A stretch of DNA of 63,921 bases, counting the filler, from Asterionella formosa (taxonomy: Eukaryota), in the NCBI GenBank assembly GCA_002256025.1. It is 20 parts of 20 records of this genome, joined end to end, with 100 filler letters (N's around TTAATTAATTAA, not from the genome) between each part and the next. Parts side by side here need not be neighbours in the genome. Positions count along the whole stretch, not along the records: positions 4,015 to 23,920 come from NKIB01003490.1; 19 more parts are not named here. The stretch is one strand, 5' to 3'. The notes under the pieces were generated by a model. The model did no database searches. It had not been told where the DNA came from and was given only the letters and a program-made list of their open reading frames with translations. The number at the start of each line of letters is the position of its first letter. Position 1 is the first letter of the stretch. The translations under genes and the position numbers were made by a program. Shown in pieces: positions 10,113 to 23,345 of this stretch.

Positions 10113-13100
10113 TGTCGACCTATTCCGTTCATGAGGTCCCTGGTACCAGGTACCGGACACTGGCAGTCCAATAGCAAATACAGAGGACATGGTATACGGT
10201 ATATAATGTACTGGTAGCTTTAATAGCTACGAACAATAGTTGAAACACAGAGATTCCTGATTCCAGAGCAGGTTATAAGCGTGTAAATATTCATTCACCT
10301 CGAGTGACCTGATCCAGTCGAAGTACCACAAACTACCAAATAATTATAATTCAAGAATACATAGTTGAAGATCGTTTATAAAATGCCACAGTTGAGAGAG
10401 TAACTTTCAAGAGAAGTTCTCCCTAACCTTAAATGGACTCAACGAAGCATCACACATGGCTGGGCTGGACAAAATTGCATCTAGACTATGTCCGCCAAAT
10501 CAAGGGACAGTCAGGAAACAAACTAGGTGTGATCTAGTCTTGATTAACAGAATCATTCTGTAAACAAAAACAGTCTACGATCAAGCAGCATCTGAGTCAT
10601 AAGTTGAGACAGGTCATGATGGCTGTGACATAAGTGTATTCAGGAAGAAGATATCTTAGTTAGTAAACAAGTTGGGAACAAATGTACCTCCTCGCCTCCA
10701 AAGCAGATCACCTGCTCTAGTAGCTATGTTGAAACATCATGTATGCGCTTGTAGGTTTCAAAGTGATGTACCGGTATTCAAATTCACATTTATATTAAGC
10801 TCACTCTTTTATAAAAGCAACCATTACTAGCAAACAAAGTAAAACAAAACAATTTTGTAGAAACATTTTCTAGCAATTTTTACTGTGTGTTAGCTAGAGA
10901 ATAGTGGCATCTTCCAAAAATTATGATACTAGTATCATATTAAAAATATTATTTAGTAACTATTAATACAAATTCCATCGCTATTATTACAGATGACGGA
11001 CTCAAGGGGCGTGCATGAAATACATCATGCTTAAAACGAAGGGAAACAAATAGTTGGAGAAAAATGCAGGCTGAGGCCGATTTAGCAACCAGGCCTTTTT
11101 AGCCGAAAAATGAAGATGAGGTTCATTGGTGGCAGATGATAGTAAGCCATCCAAGAGAAGGAGGTTATGTAGGAGTCTAGGAGTCAATGAACAACCAAGC
11201 AAGGTTTCAAGGCCAAAAGCTCACATTTCTTCGAATCAGCTTTCAACAAAGCTACATTTTCGAACATAAGCTGTGCAAAATTTATAGCCTATGATAGATA
11301 AAGTTCACCCACCACTAAATCCAACCCACAGTTGAAGTTGCAGTGCAAACTCTACAGAAGCAACGGGGACCCGGAGGGAGGGAATTACTGAACCAATGCA
11401 CAACAGTACATAATGGAACCAAAATTGAAAAACCAACAACAAACCGAATGATTACCGGTACTAGGCTAGTTGATGCAGAACAAGCCTAAAACCATGAACG
11501 CCATGACGCAAGAAAATAGCTATTGGTATTTGAGGCTAAGAAGCTTCGTGTTCATATGGACGCACACCAGTATTAACTCACTGCTGGTAATCAAGGTTGC
11601 GGCCCCGCAGTTACACATGGCGAGGTCCCTTTTTTCCCAAAATAATTTTTTAATGTACCTGAATCCACACATTAAGTACAAGTACCTAAAATATTTAAAG
11701 GCAAACTTAGCTTTCACCAATACGACCACTTTGCATTTGCTTAGATACAGTCGTAGGTCGACTTAGGGGTAGTATGTTCTATCTTCGGATATGGCAAGGA
11801 ACTCATTTCTGGAAAGAAACTGCAGTAATGTATTGTAGATTCATAACTAGTATCGCAAAAATAGTCAAAAAAGGGGCTACGAAGCTTTCTAAAAAATCTA
11901 CGATACATAACTGCAGTTTCTCTTCAGATGTTAACTCCTGACGTAATAGGGTACACGGCTATCTACTTTAATCTTCATGAAACCCCGCAGATGTACCGGT
12001 AGAGCAATCTTCTTCCAAAAAGTCGACCCGATCGGCTTTTTCAACAGTTGCCAACATATTGGAACCGGATTTTGTATGTGCAAACATTCTTGTAGACTTA
12101 GTCTTGCGTAGGTATGTTTTGCTGCTTAATTCTTCTCAGTCCGAAAAGACTCGCTCCAGGGTAAGTTGCCGCATCACTAAACATATTCTGATTGGGTGAA
12201 TTGAATTTACTCACCACCTGCGCCAGATTGGCTGAAGTATTCCGGTCTTGTAAAATCACCCCAGCCACATCACATGAACCTCACGTATTAGATGTACTGT
12301 ATACCAGTAGGTGAAATCAGTACCGGTACACCAGTACTACGAAGTTTCATCCTGTATTCTATTGTCATGAACCAAGATTATGAACTATGTCTGTGAATAG
12401 AATTTCCATTAGATCTAACATTTTACTCAGCATACGTTAAAAAAACTGATTGATTTTTCAAATATTTTGACATGTTGATGATAATTTTGATATATCAATG
12501 GGAGTGTCTGTACTATGATCAATCAAATTTGTATGTCAGATTATTAGCATACACACATTAGGTTATGCGTATATAAGAACTCGTATATATTAATTACCAA
12601 ATCTATAGTTTCAACATCGCAACATTGAACTTTCCGGGTTACAATTCCGACTTTCCTCTATTTTCTTAGTACTTAGTAGCCTATGTCGGCACTCTGTAGC
12701 GCTGCTGCTGACACCCTCCTCAGTCACCATGTACTCTTTGGAAACTGCCGCTCCTTTTGCTTACCCCTCCTCCACTCTTCTTCATGCTCAACTTTCACTG
12801 TTAGACCTGCTGGTCACTCCACAGCAAAAATTAGTCGAATCCACTTGTTCCTTCCTGAGGAAACGACTTTCGCCTACTTTGCGCCTCTGACAGCATATTT
12901 GTCAAACGACTGCTAACTCTTCCTCCCACCAGCTTCCTTTCCCTCTCTGCCACTTCTAGTCCTCTCCTTGTCACCTTGAAGATCCCAAGACCCTCCGGAA
13001 AATCCAAGAAACTGTTTTCCATTGCTGCGGCCCACACTCTCTGTCATCGGGCACCAAAGGCTGTAGGAATTTCACTTTCCTCCAATCTCTCTACTGCATT

Positions 13101-14031
13101 GGAAATCCAAGCTTCTCCTCTTGTCTCAACTCCTAATCTAACATTGGATTCATCATTTCATCAAGTATTGCTCATTTGTTTATTGCCAAAGCCTGTCACC
13201 ACTTGTCCGATTTTACTCAATGACACCTCAGAACAAGTTGAGGATCCCAGCACTGTCAAGACCTCCCTTCCAGCAATAATATGCTTCCATCCCTGTTTTT
13301 ACCCTATCATATTGATTACCAGCAAATCAAATAAGCTGTGATGTGAACAAACTTCCAGAGTTCCTTTAGCTATCAATTCATTTTGACAGCAGCCTTTCAT
13401 TCGTCTGATCATTGATCTCTTATCAATTTTATCTTCCATTGCTTCCAATCTATTTTTCAATCTCTCTCTCTCTCTTCCAATGCATACAACACATCACATA
13501 TCTATATAGAAGGTATAAACGCGGACAATGAGCAAACATGTTTGCACACTCGTCCTGATTTCGAAATGTATTTTGGCTTCGAGCAAAATCATGTCTACAT
13601 TCAGCAATGTTGATATAGTATTAACGTTTAAATATCATTTTTGTTTGTTAAAAATGGAACACTATCAATCTGGCGCCGATTCCTATTTAATTCAAATATT
13701 CAAATGGACACTCGAATCACCATGGGAAATCATAGTTGGAAACTCCCTACCGGTATTCCGCGCCGTTTTCACAACCCTAGTGATGTTTTCTCCAAACTAG
13801 GGTTAAGCCGGTGCAGCAACCTCAATACGGCTAATTTCAATTTCGGTTGAAACTTAATTGAAATTAATTCGGAATAACTGACAAAAATCGATAACAATAT
13901 GGAAAAACGTGGACTGATGTTGCTTTCCCTCCCAAGGACTCACACTTCTAGTTTTGCATTTACCGATCATAAACGTCTGTCGACGGTTATCACAAAGTGG
14001 AATCCATCTGTGGTTGCAATTAACATACAAC

Positions 14032-15804
14032 ATGGCCTCCAACGAACTGAAGATCGACTCGTCCGACATCGTGCGATTGATCCAAGCTCACTTGGTGGAG
14101 ACAGGTCTCTCTGAAAGTTGTCGGGTTCTCCGTGAAGAATCTGGCATTCGTGGGGCTGGTGTAGCCCATCGGAACTGGAACACATGGGCGACCAGCGGAA
14201 ATTGGGGTGCCATCCTTGCCAGCTTAGACACCATTGACGTGCTCAAGTGTGGAATTCCTAATGAACTACTGGCCGATGTTTACGAAATGGCGATTTTAGA
14301 GCTGGCAGAAACTGGAGAAGTGGAACTGGCTCATGTGACCATGCGGCTTGTTGCAGAACACCTAGATCATACCGTGCACAACATCAGCGAGGTGGATATC
14401 CCCAGGTCGAGACAGCTGGAGCAAAAGATGGCGTCTCTGACCTCAAATCGGAAGAAGATGGCGGATGATTACTATGGACCACTGGGGAAACAAGGGAGAA
14501 GGGAGAAAATCGGGCAAGCACTTTTCAACTGTGTTCCACAATTACCAGCTTCGCGCCTCACAGCATTGCTTCAACAAGCCATCAAGTGGCAAGCACATAC
14601 AGGTCAACTTCCAATGATAAAGGAATTTTTTGAAGTAGAAGTGGATGATCAGAAAAAGAAGAAGAGAAAACGCAAGTTTGACCTTGTTTTGGGAGAGTCA
14701 CGAGTACTGCCAACGTCCACAATTGAAGATATCAGGGAATCCCTCCCTTCTTCGGTCTATTCCACAATTTCATTTGGAAAAAATGTCACTTGTGAAGCTG
14801 CAACATTTTTTCCAGATGGATCTGGATTAGTTACCGGATCATCGGATGGATTACTTGAAGTTTGGGATCCACACCAAAAGTTTGCGAAACTTCGAATGGA
14901 TTTAATTTACCAACAAAGCGACGAATTCATGGGTCACGATAACTCAAGTATAACAAGTATTGCTATAAGCAACGATGGCCTATTATTGGCCACAGGGGAT
15001 GCTAACGGTGATGTAAAGGCATGGGGGCTAGAAACAGGTTCTTGCCTCCGCACAATTTCTGCACATCCCGGTCAGTCCATTTCGGACCTCTGCTTTGCTC
15101 CGGATGGGTCCCAAATCCTGACTGCCAGTCACGATGGAACTTGTCGCGAATTCTCATTGAGGACATCCCGCTTACTGAAGGAGTTTCGGGGACACACTAG
15201 CTATGTCAATAGTTGTCAATATAATGTAGTTGGAGAGGAAGGGTTGAGAGTATTTACAGCTTCAGCGGATGGAACGACACGAATATGGGACGGCAAGTCT
15301 GCAGAATGCATAACGATCCTCCGGCCAACATCGCTGGGCGAGCAGTTGACCGACATTGGCTCATCAATATTGATTCATATGGGAGATGCCTCCTCTGCGG
15401 AGAGCGGTAGCCCCAACGTCCACTCACTGTTTTCGCTTCACACACCGGTTCAATCAATGATTATGGTCCCTCGTGGACGTCGGGCTTTTCTTGTATCAGA
15501 GAACGGACGAGTTCTTCGCATTTTTGATGTGACTGACGAAAATTCCGTCTTCGTAGCAACTTGTGTAAGTCCCTCAAACCAATGGTTGTATGCCGTCACT
15601 GACAGCGGGCAATGTCACATTTTCGATGTTGCGAGCGGTAAATTGCAAACTACGATTCAACACTTTTCTGAAGAAAGCAGTGGACGAAGTAAAGTCAGCT
15701 GCCCTGAAATAACAAGTATTATGCACCATCCAACGAAAGCGATTATTACTGCCTTCAGCAATGTCAAGGACCAGAAAAAGGGAATTCTAACGCTATGGAA
15801 GTAA
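14032..15804 (+). CDS. SMU1: WD40 repeat-containing spliceosomal protein SMU1
   Basis: N-terminal LisH/CTLH (IDSSDIVRLIQAHL..), RLTALLQQAIKWQ, LVTGSSDGLLEVWD, KLRMDLIYQ, LLKEFRGHTSYVN, plus WD repeats. Confidence 0.9.
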   Translation: MASNELKIDSSDIVRLIQAHLVETGLSESCRVLREESGIRGAGVAHRNWNTWATSGNWGAILASLDTIDVLKCGIPNELLADVYEMAILELAETGEVELAHVTMRLVAEHLDHTVHNISEVDIPRSRQLEQKMASLTSNRKKMADDYYGPLGKQGRREKIGQALFNCVPQLPASRLTALLQQAIKWQAHTGQLPMIKEFFEVEVDDQKKKKRKRKFDLVLGESRVLPTSTIEDIRESLPSSVYSTISFGKNVTCEAATFFPDGSGLVTGSSDGLLEVWDPHQKFAKLRMDLIYQQSDEFMGHDNSSITSIAISNDGLLLATGDANGDVKAWGLETGSCLRTISAHPGQSISDLCFAPDGSQILTASHDGTCREFSLRTSRLLKEFRGHTSYVNSCQYNVVGEEGLRVFTASADGTTRIWDGKSAECITILRPTSLGEQLTDIGSSILIHMGDASSAESGSPNVHSLFSLHTPVQSMIMVPRGRRAFLVSENGRVLRIFDVTDENSVFVATCVSPSNQWLYAVTDSGQCHIFDVASGKLQTTIQHFSEESSGRSKVSCPEITSIMHHPTKAIITAFSNVKDQKKGILTLWK

Positions 15805-15864
15805 CACATTTATAACTAAAAGCAAAAGGATAAAAAACACTGTTGCTGAGAAGCAGCGTCTAAT

Positions 15865-17604
15865 TTATCTTGTCTTGATGGCGTTTTTCAATGCAAACTC
15901 ATATCTTGGTGTGATGTGATCTATTATCATGCTCGAGCTCCATCGTATTCCTTGAGGTAGCAAATGCATAGAATCAATCTCAACAGCATTGTATTGACGT
16001 CGCTTTGTGGGCGTCTCAGTCAACCAAATGTTCTTCCCAACAGGAATACAAAGTGCAGGCGCTCCTTTTATCGTTTTCAAATCTTGATTCAATGCTTTGT
16101 TCACACTCATCAGAAGCTCCTCATTGATTGCTACAGATCCGGTTGCGAGCTGGGAGCTCTTTAACCATCCAATCCTTTTCGTCACCTTGTCAATTTCAAT
16201 AATACTAGCTCCGAGACGTCGAACCGAATCTATAGATAAAAATGGAACGACATCATTCTTGTGGATGAAGTTAACTGCATTCCTCATTGCTTCAGGTGCC
16301 GATGAAATTGGACTGAATACAGGTGGCGACGCAAAAGCTACACACCTAACATTCCTGCCTTCCACAAGTTGACCATTGTTCTCATGACAGAGAAGGTTTA
16401 GTAGACACGCTGCACCACCTCCAAGACTGTGACCTGTTAACACTAGGTCGTAATCCTTGTACTTTTCAAGAGCATCTTTGACAGTACAGTTGGCCCTTTT
16501 CCAAGTTTCATTCGCCAGTACAGCAATCGCGGAATGTGCTTCGCCTCCAAGAAATGGTGCTGTCGGGAAATATGGAAAACATTCCATGAGTGCGATCCAG
16601 CCAGCTCGTATATATCGGCAGGGGTATGTTGGCGAATTTTGACAACATTCACGTACCTGAGAAACCAATCACATCGTCCAACATCTCCGGGAGGCTGAAA
16701 GTTCCTCGCAGGGACAAAACTACTGCTTCCATATCATGGTCAACTGCCACGAAGTGCCTCAAATATTTCTCCGTAGCACTAGCCTCCGTGATGATTTTAA
16801 TATCAATCGCAGCAGTTGTTGAATTAGTTTGACCTAAGATATGACGGATAATTCGCTCCTTAGTGAAGGAATAGCTACGCGTGTCGATCGTCCCCTGCGT
16901 AGCAAATTCTGCGGCTCTCATAATCTTTGTCCCATAAACAGCAGTAGCATAGCGCATGAACCTGAACGCAATCAGGACACGTGACCAGAAAAAGCCATTC
17001 GAAGGCGATGAGTGCGGAATTCGAAAATTAGATAATCAAAAGAAGTGTTCATACTGTACCTTAGTGCCTCTTCATCGATTGTGGTTGGAGTTCCATGGGT
17101 TTCATACACGTTTCCCATGGAGTGCTGTTGGATTTTCCGTAGAATGAGCAAGTTCGTCGCAAACCTCGGTGTCAGCGCACCTTCCAACTCCAACTGAACA
17201 CCGCTTTTCTGAATATAATCTCGAAATTTGTCTATACTTGGCTCCATTTCCCAAAATTGTGCCTTGTTCATAGCTAGGCCCACAACGACACCTTCAATAA
17301 GTCCTATAGCGGCAACGACATCGGCTAAAACAAGCCGAACCTCCCGGAGGAATGACAGTGACCTCACTGATCCACCCCCACCCCCACGTCGAGCAGCTAT
17401 GGCTGTGAATGTTAGAGATGGATGTACAAGAGCCTTTCTCGGGGATCTAAACCCTGCAACGAAGCATATGGAAGTTGGCCTTGCCATCGAAGAAATCGCA
17501 AATCTTAGCAACGTTGACTGACTCCTTTTCGCTCCCGATGATACAGCCAAGAACACAAGGACAATGATAATCCAGCTGATTTTCCAGGGAGAGTTGCGAA
17601 TCAT
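15865..17604 (-). CDS. Class 3 lipase (DAG-lipase-like), 3 exons: 17604-17060, 16961-16657, 16559-15865
   Basis: RFMRYATAVYG, VVLSLRGTFS, GHSLGGG nucleophile elbow, FASPP, DVVP and a C-terminal DH. GT-AG introns at 17059-16962 and 16656-16560 restore the frame. N-terminal hydrophobic signal/anchor. A further intron in exon 1 cannot be excluded. Confidence 0.85.
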
Positions 17605-18580
17605 TCTCCGATTACATAAATCTCGGCAGGAACGGCTGATGTAGGTCGGATGGGGAATCAACCTCAACGGATATACCCGGTATATATGCCGGCGCTAAAA
17701 TGTATACCGGTATGAATGATGGATGGTAAAATTAGTTAGCAGTTGCTCTCGCTGCCTTCTTCCCATATAAATTGCATTCCGGTACGTATTGCAATGAAAT
17801 ATGATCGCAGCAGAAAAGATGTTTCCCCCGGCGCTACTAGAGCAATACTACATACGTGGCGTAAATGTTATACTTCTATGAATATATGGATATACCCATG
17901 TATTTTCATGTATATATACATTAGATACAATTTTCATTCAGACACACTGCTCCTCAGATTCTCAATGAAAGTAACAGTTCAAAATAAGTGGAAATGGATT
18001 GAAATTTAACTACTGTATTTAGAAATGATTTTATTTTGCTTTCAAATCTTGAGTTGTTATACAATGTTCCCCCTTTTCTCCCATCACAAAGCTTGTTGTC
18101 TTGTCTGCTTCCCTGCTAACCCGATTCTGACACTGTTACTGCTAGCTGTCTACTGCCCTGCCCTTGTACTATGATTCTGACATTTAGCACTCTTACTGAT
18201 AGAGAGCTGCCTCTACCCACATTCCCACCAGCCATGTAGTACTCCGTTTCTGAATTGTCCTTCATTATTGTTCATTCATGTTGTAACAAATGCAAAGCAA
18301 TAAGTTGTTACTCATGTTTTGCTTATGCGATAACATGAAGTTCGATTCTATCTTTACTTATCACAAATTGATGTACTCATTTCCAATGATTCCATACAAC
18401 AATGTGTCAGTCACTAAAATAAAATAAAATATTAAGTAAATTTCATAGTACGCTATTGTTAATGAACTCGACAATTATGGAGGTTGTGAAGTCGCACTTG
18501 AACAACCCACAGAAGGCCTTAGACCTTCTTGTTGTCTGCATCACCACCCGGAACAAAAGGGACTACATAAACAAAGCAGG

Positions 18581-18643
18581 TGGAGAATGCGGGAATCGAA
18601 CCTGCCACCTCGGAAAGTGAGCTAACCAACTAAGGTATTCCCC
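18581..18643 (-). pseudogene. Degenerate tRNA-Ala-like sequence (tRNA pseudogene or SINE head)
   Basis: Minus strand GGGGAAT...GCAGG TTCGATT CCCGC ATTCTCC A gives a 7-bp acceptor stem with G3:U70 and a B-box T arm. It is only 63 nt, with a collapsed D/anticodon region. Confidence 0.6.
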
Positions 18644-21600
18644 ACAATGTGTCAGACAGTACATTTTGTTTGTTCACTGTATTAAAAATGGGATTCAATT
18701 ACTTGTTAGGCTTGTTCTGCTTAGATTAAAACATGCAGTTCCAGTCATGTATTATATCATCACTTATCACCACCACAAATCCATTATCGGTTTGCATATT
18801 CCTGTAAAGTAATATAGGAGTCAAATTTCACAGAAAGTATTCATCAATAAATTGTGCACACGCTGTTAATAGAACTTACATTTACTCTTTGTATAAAAAT
18901 ATCCTGAAAGGTTAAAAAGAACGTCTAATATATTTTCTAACAAGTGTTTCTGGTGTGAATTGATCCAACAACAGCACTAACCGACCGTCACATCGAATTC
19001 CCCCCCCCCCCGAGTTTACATTTTAAAAAATGAAAATTTTGTTTGATAGTTGAATATCTGAATATTTCAAACACACTCTTAAAATCTTACATGTACAGCA
19101 CAATAACGCGTCCATTACCCAAACTTAATTCGATTTTATACAATGTTGTATGACTTGTCAAGAGTCTTGACAAGTGAAATTGAAGGATTTTGTGGTAAAA
19201 GCAATTGCTAAAGATCATGTGCTCAACGGATCTCAGACCAACCTTGATGCACTCAGTGATCTCAACCGAGGTGTATCCTCTATTGAACATTCGAAGCTGA
19301 GATGGACAGAAGACCAATGTGATGATGACGATTTGTTTGGCATGATTCAAGGCCATCCTAAGCCAAAGAATCAAGCACTCTAGTCTCAGGGCCTATCAAG
19401 TCGCATGGAACAAATTGAACTACATGTCTGGACCCTGTTTGCCGACTCAATCAGTTTTGGGAGCTTTGTCTTTCGGTTCATTACAGTTTTTGCATAACAG
19501 TGTCCGAAAATAAATAATGAGTTAGTCCAGGGAACTCGGGACTGCCCTCTTTGACTAAATATGCAGCGAATCAATATTTGTTTCTATCAATGATAGAAAA
19601 GTTGCCTAAGTATAAACTTATAATGACTCTTTTTGTTTACAAAAAGGAGAATCGAAAATATAAACAATTTTTGTACTACCGTCGAAATTGTCAGCAATTC
19701 GGATGCTTAATGTACCCGATTTAGTGACCATGACCTCATGGCTGACGTCATTCAACAAACATCACCATGTCGTAATACAATAGTACTATATCATGTAGGC
19801 TACTGGTATTACCTATTCACTAGTGTTACGGTTTTTTACGTGTCATCTATTCAACAATTTCACATGTCATGAATATATTCAATCATGAGTGCCTCTTGAA
19901 CCCCCAACGCATTGTCTGCTTCGAAAGAACAAGATGAAGACCTCTTTCTCTGGAGACGAGCGATCTAGTTTCTGTATTGAAGGGTAATTATGCTAGCGAA
20001 GCTGGGCAGTTTCTATGCTACAAAAAGGCCCAAGTTTTGATTAATGTATACAACAGGGTGTCAACCCAATCCGTTCTTGACCATGCCTAGAAACCTTCTG
20101 AAATCAAGAAAATTGGTCCTTGGGACAATTTGTCTCCTTTATCTGAATAATTCGAATGTGTTTTGGAGGATGAGGTCTGGATCAAGATCAAGAGATTGAT
20201 CAGATTGCCACACAGTTTTTTGCTCATGGACTAAATCACGAATCGATCATTCTTTTCGATTATCGTTTGTTAGCAGCGAGACTTGAGCATACAGAAGTAA
20301 GTAATTGCGTGCTAGCCGCAAGACTTGCTTCAGAAGAACAGAATAGTAATTATTAGTTCTACAACGAAATTGAACAACAATTTTTTTGTGGTCAACATAT
20401 TAAATTATATTGGTAGATAATGTATTTCAATGCATTTTCCCCGCCTGGATAAAAGGTACTATCTAACTCTAGCCGCACTCAGATACCATATTACTAATAT
20501 GTACCTGCTGTTCTGTCAATTGCGTAATCATGCATTGTTCAACTTACGACAAGAGTCAATGACGACAAATTTGATGTATATTAAAGTCTGATTCCCTTGG
20601 GACCTCCTCACATATCGTATACCAGTATATACTTGGTGGAGTATGATTACTGGTAGGAGTACTGGTAAATATTAGCTTGTACTCTATAGCTAGCTCTAGC
20701 GTGCACAGACACTGCTACTTATACCCTAAGGACAAAACAATAGTTTATACTGACAGCATCTTCTGCATCTGAACTTCATTTAAGACAAAGTTCAATTACA
20801 GAATTTTGTTGTAAATGAGATTCAGGTTCTTGAGATGCCCTCAGTGCTCGGTAACTACCTCATGCCTTGTAAATACCGGTATATGATTGACAGAAATTAA
20901 AGTACATACCAGAATAAATATATATTCATTTATATTTTATTATACCATTGAATATTTTAGGTCAGGAAGAAGTGCTGGAACCTAAAAACTATGACAGCAC
21001 AATAAGTTTCAGCAAAATGAACACTGCAACTTGCCCGCCTGGCTGAAACTGGTTTTACAGAAAATATTTAAAAAATGATTGATTTTGATTAAAATAAAAA
21101 AGTAATTGGGCTGACACGGAACAAATGAATAAAAATCAAATTCGTCATTGGATGCCTGTCCTGCACCAAGCTAGTATTAATGTCAGCAAAATGACCGCAA
21201 GTTGTGCAAGTTGCGGTCATTTGACTAGACCTAAATGTTTATCCATCTACCGGTACATCCAGAGGTGAAATGTTTATTTAGGCAGTTTTACCGCAACTTG
21301 CAGCTACAATGGTTGTCAAGGTCTATGCTCGGAAAATATCTGATTCTACATAAATCCAACAGAATTACATCTGTTGTTCCCTTCTTACAGCTTTAGCTTT
21401 AAATGTCAGTCTGCACCATCCTTCGAGAAAGACAATTTCGTCGCCATGAATGTCGTCCCATCTGCTTTAAACCGTGATACGTCTTGCATCTCCCTAAGTA
21501 AAATTGTCGTAACTCAACCTAAACCGAAATCATTTATGTTTCGAAACTGGTACATCCATCATTAAGGAAGGAACATGCCATTTACTGTCGGTGTACTGCC

Positions 21601-22037
21601 ACGTACCCTGGTACCGGTATTCAGCTAAAGGACGATATGCACGAGGGTACCTAGTCCCTGGTACCTTGTCCTGTACGTAAATTCCACGGATGACATGCAT
21701 ATTAATTCTTGATACACCAAGTACATAGACTATTTTACTATACCTGGTACCAGGTACCACGTCGGCACATTGGTCATGTATACAGGTATATATATAAATG
21801 AAGCCTAAAAGGTCTACCGCTATCAGTATGTGTTCGATTTCAAACTTCCAAGGTGCCATCATTTGTGCGAGGTTGTTGATGGTTGAACCTTACACCATAA
21901 ACCCCTTTTGCCACCCATTAAACAGATTACCTTGCCCATTGGACTACCAGTTCTTCTACAAGATAAAGAATCTGACGAAGCTGCTTAGTTTGCGCATGCT
22001 CGACATGCGAATTAGTGAACCTAGCTAGGACGGCAAT

Positions 22038-23345
22038 ATGACAATGAGAAGTGGTATGATGAACGAGAAATTTGAGAACGAGTCCGACATTGGGATTTCC
22101 AATGCTAGTGGCGACACAGAAGAATCCCCTTCGATATCCATGGTAAGTGCGAGGTCGAAAACGAATCGTTCTAGTACCGTATGGTCGTATGCAATTGCAA
22201 GTCATAGCTGCCGGCTAGAATCATTCGTCCACAACGAACGCACAACTACCTTTCTCGCCATTGAGATCTTGAATATTTATATACGGACAATCTATTTACT
22301 AAGCAGGAAGTGCATTTATTTTTGGTACATATCCTTGTTAGGTCCAACCAGCCAAGTTTCCCCCTTCGTCCAAAAGTTGCTCTGTTGGAGATCTTGCTCC
22401 TGCGCAATCTGCCAATATAAGTCGCTCCGAACGAAAGAAGCTGCGTGAACAGAAGCGTAGGAAGGAATTAAACAAAGGTTTAGATGGACTAATGGCTCTG
22501 CTTATCGAAATAGACCCATCTATCCAAACCCATGCAGCCGACCGAGACAAGACAAGAAAAGGCCAGTCCTCCAAGGCATCAACTTCCTCATCTAGCAGTG
22601 AAATCGAAAACCAACTGCTCAATCGCGTCGACCTCATCAGTCGAGCGGTATCTGTCCTTGAGCGACTCAACCACGAAAACAAACAGCAGAAATTAATGAT
22701 TCAGCAGCTTTTGATGAGTAAGAGTGCAGTGTTTCCTTCCATGCAAGCTCGACCAGGATTCCAAAGAAATGACGAGGTAAGTATCCATTCACTGCTCAAG
22801 TTAGCTCGTTTGTTCAAGAACAGCATGGGAGTCAGCACCTAACCCAGCCTACCGCTGCTTATTACCTTCCGAATAAACAATTTCAGATTATGATGATGAT
22901 GCCCTATCTGGCGCCGGCGGAAGGCTTGCAACAATATCCCCAGTCAGGCTCATCAACCGGCGAGACCGAGGTGATGATTCTGGCGCAGCACCAGGAACAG
23001 ATGAGGATGGTCACACAGCCTGTGGCTCATGATCTACATCAGCAACTCCAGCAGCAGCAACTCCTCCAGCAGCAGCAGCAACTCCAACAGCAACAATTTC
23101 AGCCGCTGCAACCACTACAGCAGCTACAACATCAGTTGGGTATTTCACAACCTGGTGGCTTCAAGTCAGTGTTGCATCAAGACACTTCACAAAGCATGCA
23201 GTTTCAGTACCAGCACCAGAATCCTTCGATCATGCCATATCAGTCGCAAGTACCCATGGTCACTTTACAGCAACCTGATGAATCCTATCAAGGCATTGAG
23301 GTTGACAGTGATGGAAATCCCACTAAGAAGGGCAGGAATATGTGA
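22038..23345 (+). CDS. bHLH transcription factor with Gln-rich C-terminus, 3 exons: 22038-22142, 22342-22776, 22887-23345
   Basis: SRSERKKLREQKRRKELNKGLDGLMALL...LNRVDLISRAVSVLERL. Phase-0 introns GTAAGT..TTAG (22143-22341) and GTAAGT..TCAG (22777-22886). Poly-Q at about 23040-23135. Confidence 0.85.

Noticed and set aside
10250..13900. Short ORFs in the APC4-SMU1 interval (and 17750-21500, 24021-25257, 40058-41292, 59300-60000, 62688-63921)
   Set aside because: No recognisable domains and frequent stops. These are probably decayed repeats that cannot be assigned by eye.
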